Below are positions 10,045-19,900 of a stretch of 36,091 nucleotides of DNA, one piece after another (the stretch's first letter is position 1; every line of letters starts with the position of its first letter). Both the position numbers and the translations under genes were made by a program. Below the pieces are notes generated by a model. It was not told the DNA's origin. It ran no database searches and saw nothing but the letters and a program-made list of their open reading frames with translations. The DNA is taken from the sequence record SRR20825006_2895; one strand, given 5' to 3'.

Positions 10045-12045
10045 ATGACAACAGAGGAATTTAAAAAAGACATACTTGCTGGAATTCCAGTAGAAATCCC
10101 AACACCCGTTTTGGCAGAAGAGGGAATCAATCACGCTCCAAAGAGAAAACAAATATTATCACTTGAAGAAAGGCAACTCGCACTGAGAAATGCGCTACGT
10201 TATTTTCCGAAAGAACAGCACGCTGAGTTAGCACCTGAGTTTTTGACAGAATTAAACGAATTGGGTAGGATTTACATGCTGCGCTATCGACCAAAATATA
10301 AAATGTACGCACGTGGAATTGATGAATATCCGGGAAAATGCGAACAGGCGAAAGCAATCATGTTAATGATTCAAAACAACCTTGATTATGCCGTTGCACA
10401 GCATCCGCACGAGTTAATTACGTACGGAGGAAATGGTGCGGTGTTCCAAAACTGGATTCAATACCGTTTGACCATGAAATATTTGGCAGAGATGACGGAT
10501 AAGCAAACGTTGGCGATGTACTCTGGTCATCCAATGGGATTGTTTCCTTCACATAAAGATGCTCCAAGGGTTGTTGTAACGAATGGTATGATGATTCCGA
10601 ATTATTCTAAACCGGATGATTGGGAGAAATTTAACGCACTTGGCGTAACGCAGTACGGACAAATGACTGCGGGTTCCTATATGTATATCGGACCGCAGGG
10701 AATCGTTCATGGAACCACGATTACCGTATTGAATGGTTTCAGAAAAATTAAAAAATCACCACAAGGATCACTTTTCTTAACTTCAGGTTTGGGAGGAATG
10801 AGTGGAGCACAACCAAAAGCAGGAACAATTGCTGGATGCGTTACCGTTTGCGCAGAAGTGAATCCGAAAATCACAAAAATAAGACAAGATCAAGGTTGGG
10901 TGGATGTAATCATTTCCGACCTGGATGAATTAGTTGCACGTGTAAAAGTCGCTCAGACTAATAAAGAAGTTATTTCGATCGCATTCCTTGGGAATATTGT
11001 AGAAGTATGGGAGAAATTTGATCAAGAGAGCGTTCACGTAGATTTAGGCTCCGATCAAACGTCGTTGCATAATCCATGGGCTGGAGGTTATTACCCAACT
11101 GGATTGACATTTGAAGAATCGAATGCAATGATGGCGAGCGATCCTGACTTGTTCAAAACGAAGGTGCAAGAAACATTGGTGCGACATGCTGCGGCAATTA
11201 ATCGTCTCACAGCGAAAGGAACGTATTTCTTTGATTACGGAAATGCCTTTTTGTTAGAAGCTTCGCGCGCTGGTGCGGATATTATGGCTGAAAATGGCAT
11301 CGATTTTAAATATCCATCCTATGTTCAGGACATTATGGGACCAATGTGTTTCGATTATGGTTTTGGACCTTTTCGTTGGGTATGTGCATCGGGGAAACCA
11401 GAAGATTTGAAGAAAACGGATGAGATTGCATGCAAAGTCCTAGAAGAAATAAAGCGCAATAGTCCTGATGAAATTCAGCAACAAATGGCTGATAACATTC
11501 AATGGATTAAAGGAGCGCAAGAAAATAAATTAGTGGTCGGTTCCCAAGCGCGGATTTTGTACGCTGATGCGGAAGGTAGAATGAAAATTGCAAAAGCATT
11601 TAACGATGCGATCGCTCAAGGAATTATTGGGCCCGTAATTCTCGGCCGAGATCATCACGACGTGTCAGGAACGGATTCACCTTACCGAGAAACGTCGAAT
11701 ATTTATGATGGTTCTCGATTTACTGCCGACATGGCAATCCAGAATGTTATTGGAGATAGTTTCCGTGGAGCCACTTGGATTTCCATTCATAATGGTGGAG
11801 GCGTAGGCTGGGGAGAAGTGATGAATGGAGGATTTGGAATGTTATTGGATGGATCTTCAGATGCAGAAAGAAGATTGACCATGATGCTTCATTGGGATGT
11901 AAACAATGGAATTGCACGACGAAATTGGGCGCGAAATGAAGGGGCTACTTTTGCCATAAAACGCGCCATGGAAATTGAACCAAACTTAAAGGTTACCATT
12001 CCCGAATTTGTGGATGATGATCTCATGAATGAGTTATTTAACTAG
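10045..12045 (+). CDS. hutU: Urocanate hydratase (long Bacteroidota/eukaryote-like form)
   Basis: HPHELITYGGNG, QYGQMTAGSYMYIGPQGIVHGT, GLGGMSGAQPKA, SDQTSLHNP, GRDHHDVSGTDSPYRETSN and HNGGGVGWG motifs. Confidence 0.98.
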   Translation: MTTEEFKKDILAGIPVEIPTPVLAEEGINHAPKRKQILSLEERQLALRNALRYFPKEQHAELAPEFLTELNELGRIYMLRYRPKYKMYARGIDEYPGKCEQAKAIMLMIQNNLDYAVAQHPHELITYGGNGAVFQNWIQYRLTMKYLAEMTDKQTLAMYSGHPMGLFPSHKDAPRVVVTNGMMIPNYSKPDDWEKFNALGVTQYGQMTAGSYMYIGPQGIVHGTTITVLNGFRKIKKSPQGSLFLTSGLGGMSGAQPKAGTIAGCVTVCAEVNPKITKIRQDQGWVDVIISDLDELVARVKVAQTNKEVISIAFLGNIVEVWEKFDQESVHVDLGSDQTSLHNPWAGGYYPTGLTFEESNAMMASDPDLFKTKVQETLVRHAAAINRLTAKGTYFFDYGNAFLLEASRAGADIMAENGIDFKYPSYVQDIMGPMCFDYGFGPFRWVCASGKPEDLKKTDEIACKVLEEIKRNSPDEIQQQMADNIQWIKGAQENKLVVGSQARILYADAEGRMKIAKAFNDAIAQGIIGPVILGRDHHDVSGTDSPYRETSNIYDGSRFTADMAIQNVIGDSFRGATWISIHNGGGVGWGEVMNGGFGMLLDGSSDAERRLTMMLHWDVNNGIARRNWARNEGATFAIKRAMEIEPNLKVTIPEFVDDDLMNELFN

Positions 12046-12050
12046 ATTTT

Positions 12051-12076
12051 AAGAGAGGCTTTTGTCTCTCTTTTTT
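12051..12076 (+). terminator. Rho-independent terminator after hutU
   Basis: AAGAGAGGC-tttt-GTCTCTCTT hairpin followed by a T tract. Confidence 0.8.
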
Positions 12077-12191
12077 CTTTATAAGAATTCAATAGTAAGC
12101 TAAAAGAGGGACTTAGAACATCTCAATGGATCATTTTGAGGTGCTTTAATTGTGTATTTTGGGGAGAATTACAAACCTTTAAAAAACCATT

Positions 12192-13874
12192 ATGAAAGTA
12201 ATCAAGACAATGAAAATCTGGCTAACTTTTTGCCTCCTATGCCTCTCAAGCGCACAATTATTCGGACTAACAGTAACTTCTGGAACAACCCTAACCATAG
12301 GGAGTATGAATATGGCAGATAATATTATCGTGGAGAATAATGCGCTGCTAATTATTAATGGAAATCTAACATTTGGGAATCCTTTAACTACAGATGAATA
12401 CTATATCCACGTGAAAAACGGAGGACGGGTTTATTCAAGTTCAGGAAGCTGTACAGGTTTGGTAGCAAGCGGAGTTCAGCGAATTTGGAAAGGTTTTATT
12501 GTAGAGCCTACGATTTCTTCAATTCCCTCAACGACGCTAGCACTGGATTTAGATAATTTCACCATTTCTAATGCAAGAAAGGCAATTGAACTTGCGGGTA
12601 CGATACCTGGATGGATAGGGAGAGCCTATTTTATCAGCAGAGAATTAAGTGTTAAGAATACGCAGTTTGTGAACAATAAATCTCACATTATGAGCGGTTC
12701 TGCGGGATACGAATTCGGAGCAAATCGATTTACTACTGACAATAGAGATTACGGAATCAATAGCACAAAATTTATCAATTGTGATTTTCAATATGCTACT
12801 GATGCATGGTCTGTTTGGTTGATTTATCACCGAAATGTTCTATTCGACGGGTGTACGTTTAATATGGGAACGAACGCAGATATGGCCATTCATTACAACA
12901 GCATTAGAGATTGCGATATGGTCAATAATACATTTTTAGAAACGAATATTCTTGGGATTGTGTTTCACGGAGAGAATTTTGACATTACTATGAATTATAA
13001 CACATTCTCTCCTCCGTCTACAACAAATAATGATTACGCTGGAATTGCAGTTGGATTTAAAATAAATGGCGGCGGATTGTATGGTGGAGCAATCATGGGA
13101 AATGTTTTCCAAGGTCCTGGTACATCACCTTCACGCAATGGAATTATTATAGGTTCAATTTCTACTTTAGGATATACTCCCGGATTTGCTTCTGGGGTAG
13201 CCATAAGTAATAATATGTTCATTGATATGAATATTGGAGTTGGACTTTTTAATCAAGAAGCAGGATCTCCGTACATGGCTGTTTTGAAAAATACATTTTC
13301 TGGATGTAATACTGGATTGCAAGTAGACAAGAATGCAAGCAATACAAATGTATATTGTAATACATTTAACAACAGTTCCTCCGGATTTAAAATTACGGAT
13401 GACATTGGAACTTCGAGTGTCAAGAATTGGTCAGGGCAAGATCAAAATAACCAATTTAACAGTGTAGCGATTTGCATTAATAACTTATCGACGAACACTT
13501 TTCTATTCTGGCAAAGCCCGTCAAATCCGGCTCCTCCGTACTCTTTTTCTGGACCAGTTTTAGGAAGCTCAACTCTCTTGATTCGAGATTGTAACGGTAA
13601 AAGAATGGAATCCTTTAATTCTGAAACCGATGTTGAGAATGAAACGAGGTTTAACGTTTATCCAAATCCATCAAATGGAATTTTTACAATAGAGTTTGAA
13701 GAGAGTAAGCAAAGGTTGATCGAAATTTTCGATGCTTCAGGTCGAACGGTATATGAGAACGATTCAGATTATTCGAAAGTGAATATTGATCTTTCTGATC
13801 GCTTGCCAGGAGTTTATATCCTTCGTGTGAAGGAAGGAAACACTGTTTCGCAGGAAAGAATTATTCTCGAGTAG
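12192..13874 (+). CDS. T9SS type-A secreted right-handed parallel beta-helix protein
   Basis: Signal peptide; Asn-ladder repeats (FINCDF, FDGCTF, MVNNTF, MNYNTF, ISNNMF, VLKNTF, VYCNTF); CTD FNVYPNPSNGIFTI...IFDASGR...GVYILRV...ERIILE. Confidence 0.85.
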   Translation: MKVIKTMKIWLTFCLLCLSSAQLFGLTVTSGTTLTIGSMNMADNIIVENNALLIINGNLTFGNPLTTDEYYIHVKNGGRVYSSSGSCTGLVASGVQRIWKGFIVEPTISSIPSTTLALDLDNFTISNARKAIELAGTIPGWIGRAYFISRELSVKNTQFVNNKSHIMSGSAGYEFGANRFTTDNRDYGINSTKFINCDFQYATDAWSVWLIYHRNVLFDGCTFNMGTNADMAIHYNSIRDCDMVNNTFLETNILGIVFHGENFDITMNYNTFSPPSTTNNDYAGIAVGFKINGGGLYGGAIMGNVFQGPGTSPSRNGIIIGSISTLGYTPGFASGVAISNNMFIDMNIGVGLFNQEAGSPYMAVLKNTFSGCNTGLQVDKNASNTNVYCNTFNNSSSGFKITDDIGTSSVKNWSGQDQNNQFNSVAICINNLSTNTFLFWQSPSNPAPPYSFSGPVLGSSTLLIRDCNGKRMESFNSETDVENETRFNVYPNPSNGIFTIEFEESKQRLIEIFDASGRTVYENDSDYSKVNIDLSDRLPGVYILRVKEGNTVSQERIILE

Positions 13875-13898
13875 AATAATCGAAAATACAGTAGATTC

Positions 13899-13924
13899 AA
13901 AGGGAGGTGAAAGCTTCCCTTTTG
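13899..13924 (+). terminator. Probable Rho-independent terminator
   Basis: AAAGGGAGG-tgaaag-CTTCCCTTTT hairpin with only a short T tract. Confidence 0.65.
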
Positions 13925-14051
13925 TCATGAAAAATAGACGAGTAAATAACACAAAATCGACGAGAAACTATTCAGGTTTAATGATGATTTAATGAATAGG
14001 ATTAATTATTTTTATAGAGGCTAAACCAGCGATTAATTTAATGCGTTAATT

Positions 14052-15332
14052 ATGCATATCAAGAAAAGTTCCAATGAACGAATTGTGATCATTGGAGGAG
14101 GATTCGGAGGACTTCAGTTAGCTCGAAGCCTCGGAAAGTTGAAGTATCAAGTGGTACTCATAGACAAGAATAATTTTCATCAATTTCAACCGCTTTTTTA
14201 TCAAGTCGCAACGTCGGGATTAGAACCAAGTTCGATTATCTTTCCGTTCAGGAAAATTTTTCAGAAAGTAGAACGATTTCACTTTAGATTGGCAGAGGTG
14301 CTGAGAATAAATTTCGATGAGAAGTCTGTAGAAACATCTACGGGAAACCTCAGTTTTGATCATCTCGTTATTGCCACAGGAGCAGGAAATAATTTTTTCG
14401 GGAATCAGAGTATCGCAAAGCACGCACTTCCGATGAAAAGTATCAACGAATCACTTCGCCTAAGAAATATCATCTTGGAGCATTTTGAAGAGTCGTTGAA
14501 TTACTCGGAATCTGATCAAGCCAAATTTTTGCGTGTTGTAATTGCCGGTGCTGGACCAACAGGCGTTGAATTAGCAGGGACTTTGGCAGAAATGAAGCGA
14601 TTTATCTTACCTAAAGATTATCCTGAGCTAAATTTTGATCAAATGGAAATCACCATTGTGGAAGGATCGGCGCGCGTTCTTAATGCGATGTCTGAAAAAT
14701 CGTCTCAAAAAGCACAGGGATATTTAGAGAAATTGGGCGTGGTTGTAAAAGTAAATACGCTTGTAAATAACTTTGATGGAGATCTCGTGACGCTTAATTC
14801 TGGCGAACAGATTGAAACAAAAACGCTAATTTGGGCTGCTGGAATTCAAGGGAATCTCGTGGATGGAATTCAGCCCGAAAAAATCGTGCGAGGAAACCGA
14901 ATTGTGGTCGATGAATTTTGCCGAGTGGAAGGATTCGACAATATCTACGCGGTGGGCGATGTTGCTTTTATGACGGCAGATAAGAACTTCCCAAATGGTC
15001 ACCCACAATTAGCGCAAGCGGCAATCCAACAAGGAAAGTTATTAGCGAAAAATTTCAAAAATCGACAGCAGGATAAGAAACTGATTCCGTTCAAATATAA
15101 AAATTTGGGCACCATGGCAACAGTAGGGAGAAATAAAGCAGTTGTGGAATTACCGCATCGCAAAATATATGGTTTCCTAGCATGGTTTATGTGGATGTTT
15201 GTTCACCTTCGATCTATTTTGGGAGCAAAAAATAAAATCATCGTCTTTTTTAATTGGACATGGAATTACTTCACATACAATCTATCATTGCGTTTAATAA
15301 TTAAACGAAACGACCAGTTTAAAGAAGAATAA
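14052..15332 (+). CDS. ndh: Type II NADH:quinone oxidoreductase (NDH-2)
   Basis: IVIIGGGFGG, FQPLFYQVA, GAGPTGVELAG, ITIVE (acidic residue favouring NADH), YAVGD, quinone-site AQAAIQQG and YKNLGTMATVGR. Confidence 0.92.
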   Translation: MHIKKSSNERIVIIGGGFGGLQLARSLGKLKYQVVLIDKNNFHQFQPLFYQVATSGLEPSSIIFPFRKIFQKVERFHFRLAEVLRINFDEKSVETSTGNLSFDHLVIATGAGNNFFGNQSIAKHALPMKSINESLRLRNIILEHFEESLNYSESDQAKFLRVVIAGAGPTGVELAGTLAEMKRFILPKDYPELNFDQMEITIVEGSARVLNAMSEKSSQKAQGYLEKLGVVVKVNTLVNNFDGDLVTLNSGEQIETKTLIWAAGIQGNLVDGIQPEKIVRGNRIVVDEFCRVEGFDNIYAVGDVAFMTADKNFPNGHPQLAQAAIQQGKLLAKNFKNRQQDKKLIPFKYKNLGTMATVGRNKAVVELPHRKIYGFLAWFMWMFVHLRSILGAKNKIIVFFNWTWNYFTYNLSLRLIIKRNDQFKEE

Positions 15333-15346
15333 AAAGTTAATGAACG

Positions 15347-15856
15347 ATGATTGAATTACAACCATTTTCAACGGAGGACTTCGACACATTTATCAATTGG
15401 ATTACTGATGAAGTTGAATTATATCAATTTGCAGGTCCTATTTTCAAATTTCCTGTAACCAAAGATCAATTGGAGAACTATGTTCAGAACAAAGATCTTA
15501 AAAGCTATAAAGTAGTTTTATCGGATACACAAAAAGCAATAGGTCATTGCGAGTTAAACTTTGAAAATGGAAATCACCGTTTGTCGAGAATTCTAGTGGC
15601 AGATAAATCTTTGAGGGGGAAAGGAATTGGTGAGCACGTGGTAATTGAAATGGCGAAGTTATTCTTTCAAGATCCATCCGTTTTAGAAGTTGATTTAAAC
15701 GTCTTCGATTGGAATAAAGGAGCGATCAAATGCTATGAAAAAGTAGGATTCAAATTAAGTGATTTTGTTCCGGATACCTTGTTCGCAGCGGGAAAAACAT
15801 GGATTCGATTAAATATGGTTTTAAGCAGAAGCGAGTTCGAAGCTAATGTTCACTAG
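15347..15856 (+). CDS. GNAT family N-acetyltransferase (RimJ/RimL-like)
   Basis: Acetyl-CoA motif LRGKGIG and LNVFDWNKGAIKCYEKVGF. Confidence 0.9.
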   Translation: MIELQPFSTEDFDTFINWITDEVELYQFAGPIFKFPVTKDQLENYVQNKDLKSYKVVLSDTQKAIGHCELNFENGNHRLSRILVADKSLRGKGIGEHVVIEMAKLFFQDPSVLEVDLNVFDWNKGAIKCYEKVGFKLSDFVPDTLFAAGKTWIRLNMVLSRSEFEANVH

Positions 15857-15898
15857 ATCCTAAGTTTAGAAATGGGAAAAGTGTAGTGGATAATAGAA

Positions 15899-18800
15899 CT
15901 ATCCAACTAATCGTAATGCGTCAATGGCAGAGTAGAATAGGTAACCAGAGACATTTGAATAATTCATTGAGCGCAAGAGTTCAACGTATTCTTTTACTTG
16001 CTTTTCATCTTTTTGATTCGGAAGACCAGTTTTATAGTCAATGATGATTGTTTCGTCTTCCTTTAGAATAATTTTATCTGGACGATGAATGCTTCCTCCA
16101 ACACCAATAATGGTTTGCTCATTCAAAACCTTAGTGTGATTGGAGAATAATGATTGATAATCTGGGCGAAAGAGCAAATCCTGTATTTTTGAACTCAATC
16201 CTTTCTTGTGCTCTTCCGAAACATCGCCTTCTTGAATCGCTCTATTGATTTCATTTTCAATCTCAGAAACTGACGTAATTCGACTAACCAATAGGTGAAA
16301 TTGAATTCCAAATTGCATTTGTTCACTTAGGAAATCTTCGTGATTCAACAATTCATTATCCTGAAGCGAAATATGCGGAAACCACAAACGATCTTGAATG
16401 TTCATTGGAGTGAACAAAGACGATTTTGGTGATGAATCTTTCGTTTTACTGCGCTCTCCATCGGCTTGGATGTACTCTATCGTTCCATCTGATTCTTGAG
16501 TTCCTTCCACTTGTTCCAAAACTTCATGAAAGTGTTTTCCGAATTTCTTAGAATCGAAATAGTTAAGCACATACAATCGCTCAACAGGACGTGTCATTCC
16601 AACGTAGCAGATGTTGACATTGTCCGTAAGTACTTGTTCTGTTTCCAGAGCGTAAATCTCGTCAAGGACACTGATGGAATTAGATTTACTTGGTTTCTTA
16701 TACAAGATGTATTCCCCAGAATCGACAAGAAAAGTGGATTTTATATCTAGACCAAAATCGAAAGACGGCAGAATGACAACTGGAAATTCCAATCCTTTCG
16801 ATTTGTGAATTGTCATCACTTTTACGGCATCGTCACTCTCTGGAATTTGAACGGCAATTTTATGTTTTCGCGCTGCGTAATCGTCTAGAAATCCTTTCAA
16901 ATCTGGTCCACGACGGGTTCCATATTCAAAGGCAATGTCCGCCAAATGATGCAAATATGGATTCAATAATTCGTCGTAGTTCATCATGCGATAAAACGAT
17001 TGAATCAAATCATAAATCCCTTCGTGCTTAAAGAAGAATTGATCGCTTCCTCCAAAATGATCCTTGAGGAATGTTTCATCGTCTACCCGGTGTTTGGTTT
17101 TTCCGTCGTATTGAACAAATTCGACCAAATACTTTTGATAAGCATCGTATTTCTGTGCATTAATCCTAAAATAGAGTTCTAAAAACCGCTTTTTCTCATT
17201 TTCTCCACTAGATTTCAATCGCCATTTTAAATAAGCAATTGTTAACTGTACATCTAAACTAGACTGAATCAAAAGAGAATCAGTTGAAACCACTTTGTAG
17301 CCCAATTCGTTGAGTCCAAGTGCCCACGTGTTACATACGTAATTCGTTCCGCCTAAAATACAGATGTCTCCCAGTTGAAAGCCAGCTGCCTGACATTCTT
17401 CAATCCACGAAACAAGCTGTGGTACAAGCTCATCAGCGCTCTTCTTTTCTTCCTTCGAAATAATGTGAACGTGTCCATTTACAGTTGATTGCGCCTGTTG
17501 GTGAATCGAATTGTAAAAATCAACGGACGATGGCGGAAGAATGGATTTTAACTTATCGAAAAATTGATTGTTAAAATTCACAATGGTCGCGCTCGATCTC
17601 CAATTATTTTCAAGTGGAATAACTTCACCCATTAGTTCGAAATAATCCGAATGGGATTCTATGACAGGGTCTTTTTCAGGGTTATAGATGCGTGGAAGCT
17701 CAACAAATTGTTCCGCTACGCCATTTTTAAAACGATAGATGGATTGTTTAGGATCACCAACGATCAAGTTGTCCTTGTTTTGCGACATCGAATCGTGCAC
17801 GAGTGGCACTAAATTCAACCATTGCAAACGAGAAGTATCTTGAAACTCATCGAGTAAAAAATGTTGAAAACGAGAACCTAAACGTTCATAGACGAAAGGA
17901 GCATTTTCACTCTGAATCAGCGATGAAATTAAGGTGTTAAACTCCGAAATTCGAATTACTTGTTCCTCTTTCTTAACTGTTCTTAAGGCAGTCGCCATGT
18001 ACTGAAGCAGCGCCATATTGAAAAAGTTGGAAAGGAATAAACGAAGCGAAACATAGCTTTCTAGTTCAGTTTCTCTGAATTCAAGCAACGCACGAATTGC
18101 CATTTTCAATTCTTTAGGGAATCGTTGGTTCGATTTTAGTTCAACGTCTAAGTTTTTGACCAACGTAGCCGTAATCAGTTTATCATCAATCGGAAAACGA
18201 TCTAAGTTAACGAGTTTAAGAATCCCATTGAAAGTAGTGCTCTTGCCTGGAACTTCATCTGCTGTCAGCCCTGTTTGGTCCAAAATAGCTCGAATCTTAT
18301 GAGACAATGCGAGTGCTGCTTGATCCATTTTTCGGGACTTTCCATGCAGTTCACCATAATGTTCCATGCTGAAATTGGTCTCTAATAATCGATCGATTAA
18401 CGCATTGTTTCGCTCGTTATTCAGGACCTTTGCAAAGGTGACCAATGCTCGTCTAAAATTCCACGAATTTCCGTCATCCACATTTGCTTCTGCGTAGCGA
18501 AACATTAATTGATTCAAATGTTCTTTTCCTTCTTCTCCTAATTGATTGAGCAAATCATCAACAATTTTCTCAATGAGTTCTGTTTCATCCAGAACAACTT
18601 CGAAGTCGGCAGGCAAATCCAAATCACGACCAAAAGATTTAATCAAACGCAGATTGAATTTGTCAATCGTCATTACATGAAAATCTTCATATTGATGCAG
18701 AATAAGTTTCAACGCGAGTTTTGATCTATTCACAACCTCTTCTGCCGAAATGGCAAGCGTTTGCGCCAAATCGTTCGTCAGGCTCTTCGCTTTGTTCTCG

Positions 18801-19024
18801 AAGTATATAGGAGAGCTCATTTCATCCAATGCCTTAATAATCCGTTCTTTCATTTCCAGAGCCGCTTTATTGGTAAAAGTCATGGCGATGATCTGAGAAA
18901 ACGCACTCGGATGATGCGCATCAGAAATAAGCAAAGAGATGTATTCACGCACCAAATGATACGTTTTTCCACTTCCTGCGGATGCGTTATAAATTTTTAA
19001 AGGTCTTATATGTGTACTTTCCAA
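15899..19024 (-). CDS. addA: UvrD/AddA-like ATP-dependent helicase with a C-terminal PD-(D/E)XK nuclease domain
   Basis: Walker A ASAGSGKT, AMTFTNKAA, LLDEFQDTS, VGDPKQSIYRF, MTIHKSKGLEFPVV, YVGMTRP; nuclease RPDK...IIDYKTG...QVKEY. TTG start. Confidence 0.88.
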   Translation of the reverse strand: MESTHIRPLKIYNASAGSGKTYHLVREYISLLISDAHHPSAFSQIIAMTFTNKAALEMKERIIKALDEMSSPIYFENKAKSLTNDLAQTLAISAEEVVNRSKLALKLILHQYEDFHVMTIDKFNLRLIKSFGRDLDLPADFEVVLDETELIEKIVDDLLNQLGEEGKEHLNQLMFRYAEANVDDGNSWNFRRALVTFAKVLNNERNNALIDRLLETNFSMEHYGELHGKSRKMDQAALALSHKIRAILDQTGLTADEVPGKSTTFNGILKLVNLDRFPIDDKLITATLVKNLDVELKSNQRFPKELKMAIRALLEFRETELESYVSLRLFLSNFFNMALLQYMATALRTVKKEEQVIRISEFNTLISSLIQSENAPFVYERLGSRFQHFLLDEFQDTSRLQWLNLVPLVHDSMSQNKDNLIVGDPKQSIYRFKNGVAEQFVELPRIYNPEKDPVIESHSDYFELMGEVIPLENNWRSSATIVNFNNQFFDKLKSILPPSSVDFYNSIHQQAQSTVNGHVHIISKEEKKSADELVPQLVSWIEECQAAGFQLGDICILGGTNYVCNTWALGLNELGYKVVSTDSLLIQSSLDVQLTIAYLKWRLKSSGENEKKRFLELYFRINAQKYDAYQKYLVEFVQYDGKTKHRVDDETFLKDHFGGSDQFFFKHEGIYDLIQSFYRMMNYDELLNPYLHHLADIAFEYGTRRGPDLKGFLDDYAARKHKIAVQIPESDDAVKVMTIHKSKGLEFPVVILPSFDFGLDIKSTFLVDSGEYILYKKPSKSNSISVLDEIYALETEQVLTDNVNICYVGMTRPVERLYVLNYFDSKKFGKHFHEVLEQVEGTQESDGTIEYIQADGERSKTKDSSPKSSLFTPMNIQDRLWFPHISLQDNELLNHEDFLSEQMQFGIQFHLLVSRITSVSEIENEINRAIQEGDVSEEHKKGLSSKIQDLLFRPDYQSLFSNHTKVLNEQTIIGVGGSIHRPDKIILKEDETIIIDYKTGLPNQKDEKQVKEYVELLRSMNYSNVSGYLFYSAIDALRLVG

Positions 19025-19039
19025 CTAAACGGCTTTAAA

Positions 19040-19047
19040 CGAAATTA
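19040..19047 (-). promoter_or_regulatory. Variant -7 element (TAATTTCG) for the addA-like gene
   Basis: One mismatch to TAnnTTTG, 15 nt upstream of the TTG start. Confidence 0.35.
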
Positions 19048-19123
19048 CAATTTCATTCGGAAATGTTCATTAGATACAATAATTTTAGCCTAAATTGAGT
19101 TTTTTAGTGGAGTAGATTATTCG

Positions 19124-19131
19124 TAAATTTG
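19124..19131 (+). promoter_or_regulatory. -7 promoter element (TAAATTTG) for the mbnP-like operon
   Basis: Exact TAnnTTTG ending 4 nt before the ATG at 19136. Confidence 0.6.
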
Positions 19132-19135
19132 TTAT

Positions 19136-19900
19136 ATGAATGCAATTAGACTTAACTTTCTTGTAATCAGCACAGTTGTAGCTGTTGGACTTACGAGTTG
19201 TAAATCAGAGAAAATCCCTGACCCGGAGCCCGCACCGGCCCAAAAGTTGAATGTTACTGTTCAGCCCGTTTTTGGCGCTGATGTTCTTCACCTCGATTCG
19301 GTATATTCTACCGCCGAAGGATATGATGTAAAGTTTACGTCTATTAAGTTTTTCGTCTCAGGGGTAACGTCAAGTAACGGTTCATCGCTCAATGCTGCTT
19401 TGTTCGATTATGGGAACACAGGCACTAAACTATTGGATTTGGAAGGAAGCGCAACAAATGCTTCTGCATTGACAGGATACCTTGGGGTGATTGAACCATT
19501 GAACCATACAGACCCATCTAGTTATGACGCGAGTAATCCTTTGAGCATTTTGAATTCTTCGGATTTACATTGGGGTTGGAGCCCGGGGTATATTTTTATG
19601 CAAATATTTGCTCAGGTGGATACGATTTCTGACGGTAACCCGCTCTTCGATCATTTCGTAACATTCCACATTGGTAGAGATGATTACTTGCAACCGCTGC
19701 AGTTCAATTCTGTGAATTGGATAAAAGTGAACGAAACGACACATCGATTTGCGCTTAAGTTAGACATGCAAGCTTTCCTTCAAAATGGACCGAATGCGAT
19801 CGACTTAAAAACAGAGTATATCTCGCATACAAGTCCGGGTCAAGAGGCTCTTTCGCTTAAAGTGATCCAAAATTTTAAAGCCGCCTTGACGCCTTATTAG
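19136..19900 (+). CDS. mbnP: MbnP-family (copper-binding, WxW motif) lipoprotein
   Basis: Lipobox-like LTSC; KFFVS, LNHTDP, LHWGWSPGYIF (WxW motif) and TFHIG; abuts a di-heme enzyme gene. Confidence 0.8.
   Translation: MNAIRLNFLVISTVVAVGLTSCKSEKIPDPEPAPAQKLNVTVQPVFGADVLHLDSVYSTAEGYDVKFTSIKFFVSGVTSSNGSSLNAALFDYGNTGTKLLDLEGSATNASALTGYLGVIEPLNHTDPSSYDASNPLSILNSSDLHWGWSPGYIFMQIFAQVDTISDGNPLFDHFVTFHIGRDDYLQPLQFNSVNWIKVNETTHRFALKLDMQAFLQNGPNAIDLKTEYISHTSPGQEALSLKVIQNFKAALTPY

Noticed and set aside
12119..12143. Imperfect inverted repeat CATCTCAA-N9-TTGAGGTG upstream of the beta-helix gene
   Set aside because: It is a single imperfect copy with no second instance seen, which is not enough to call an operator.
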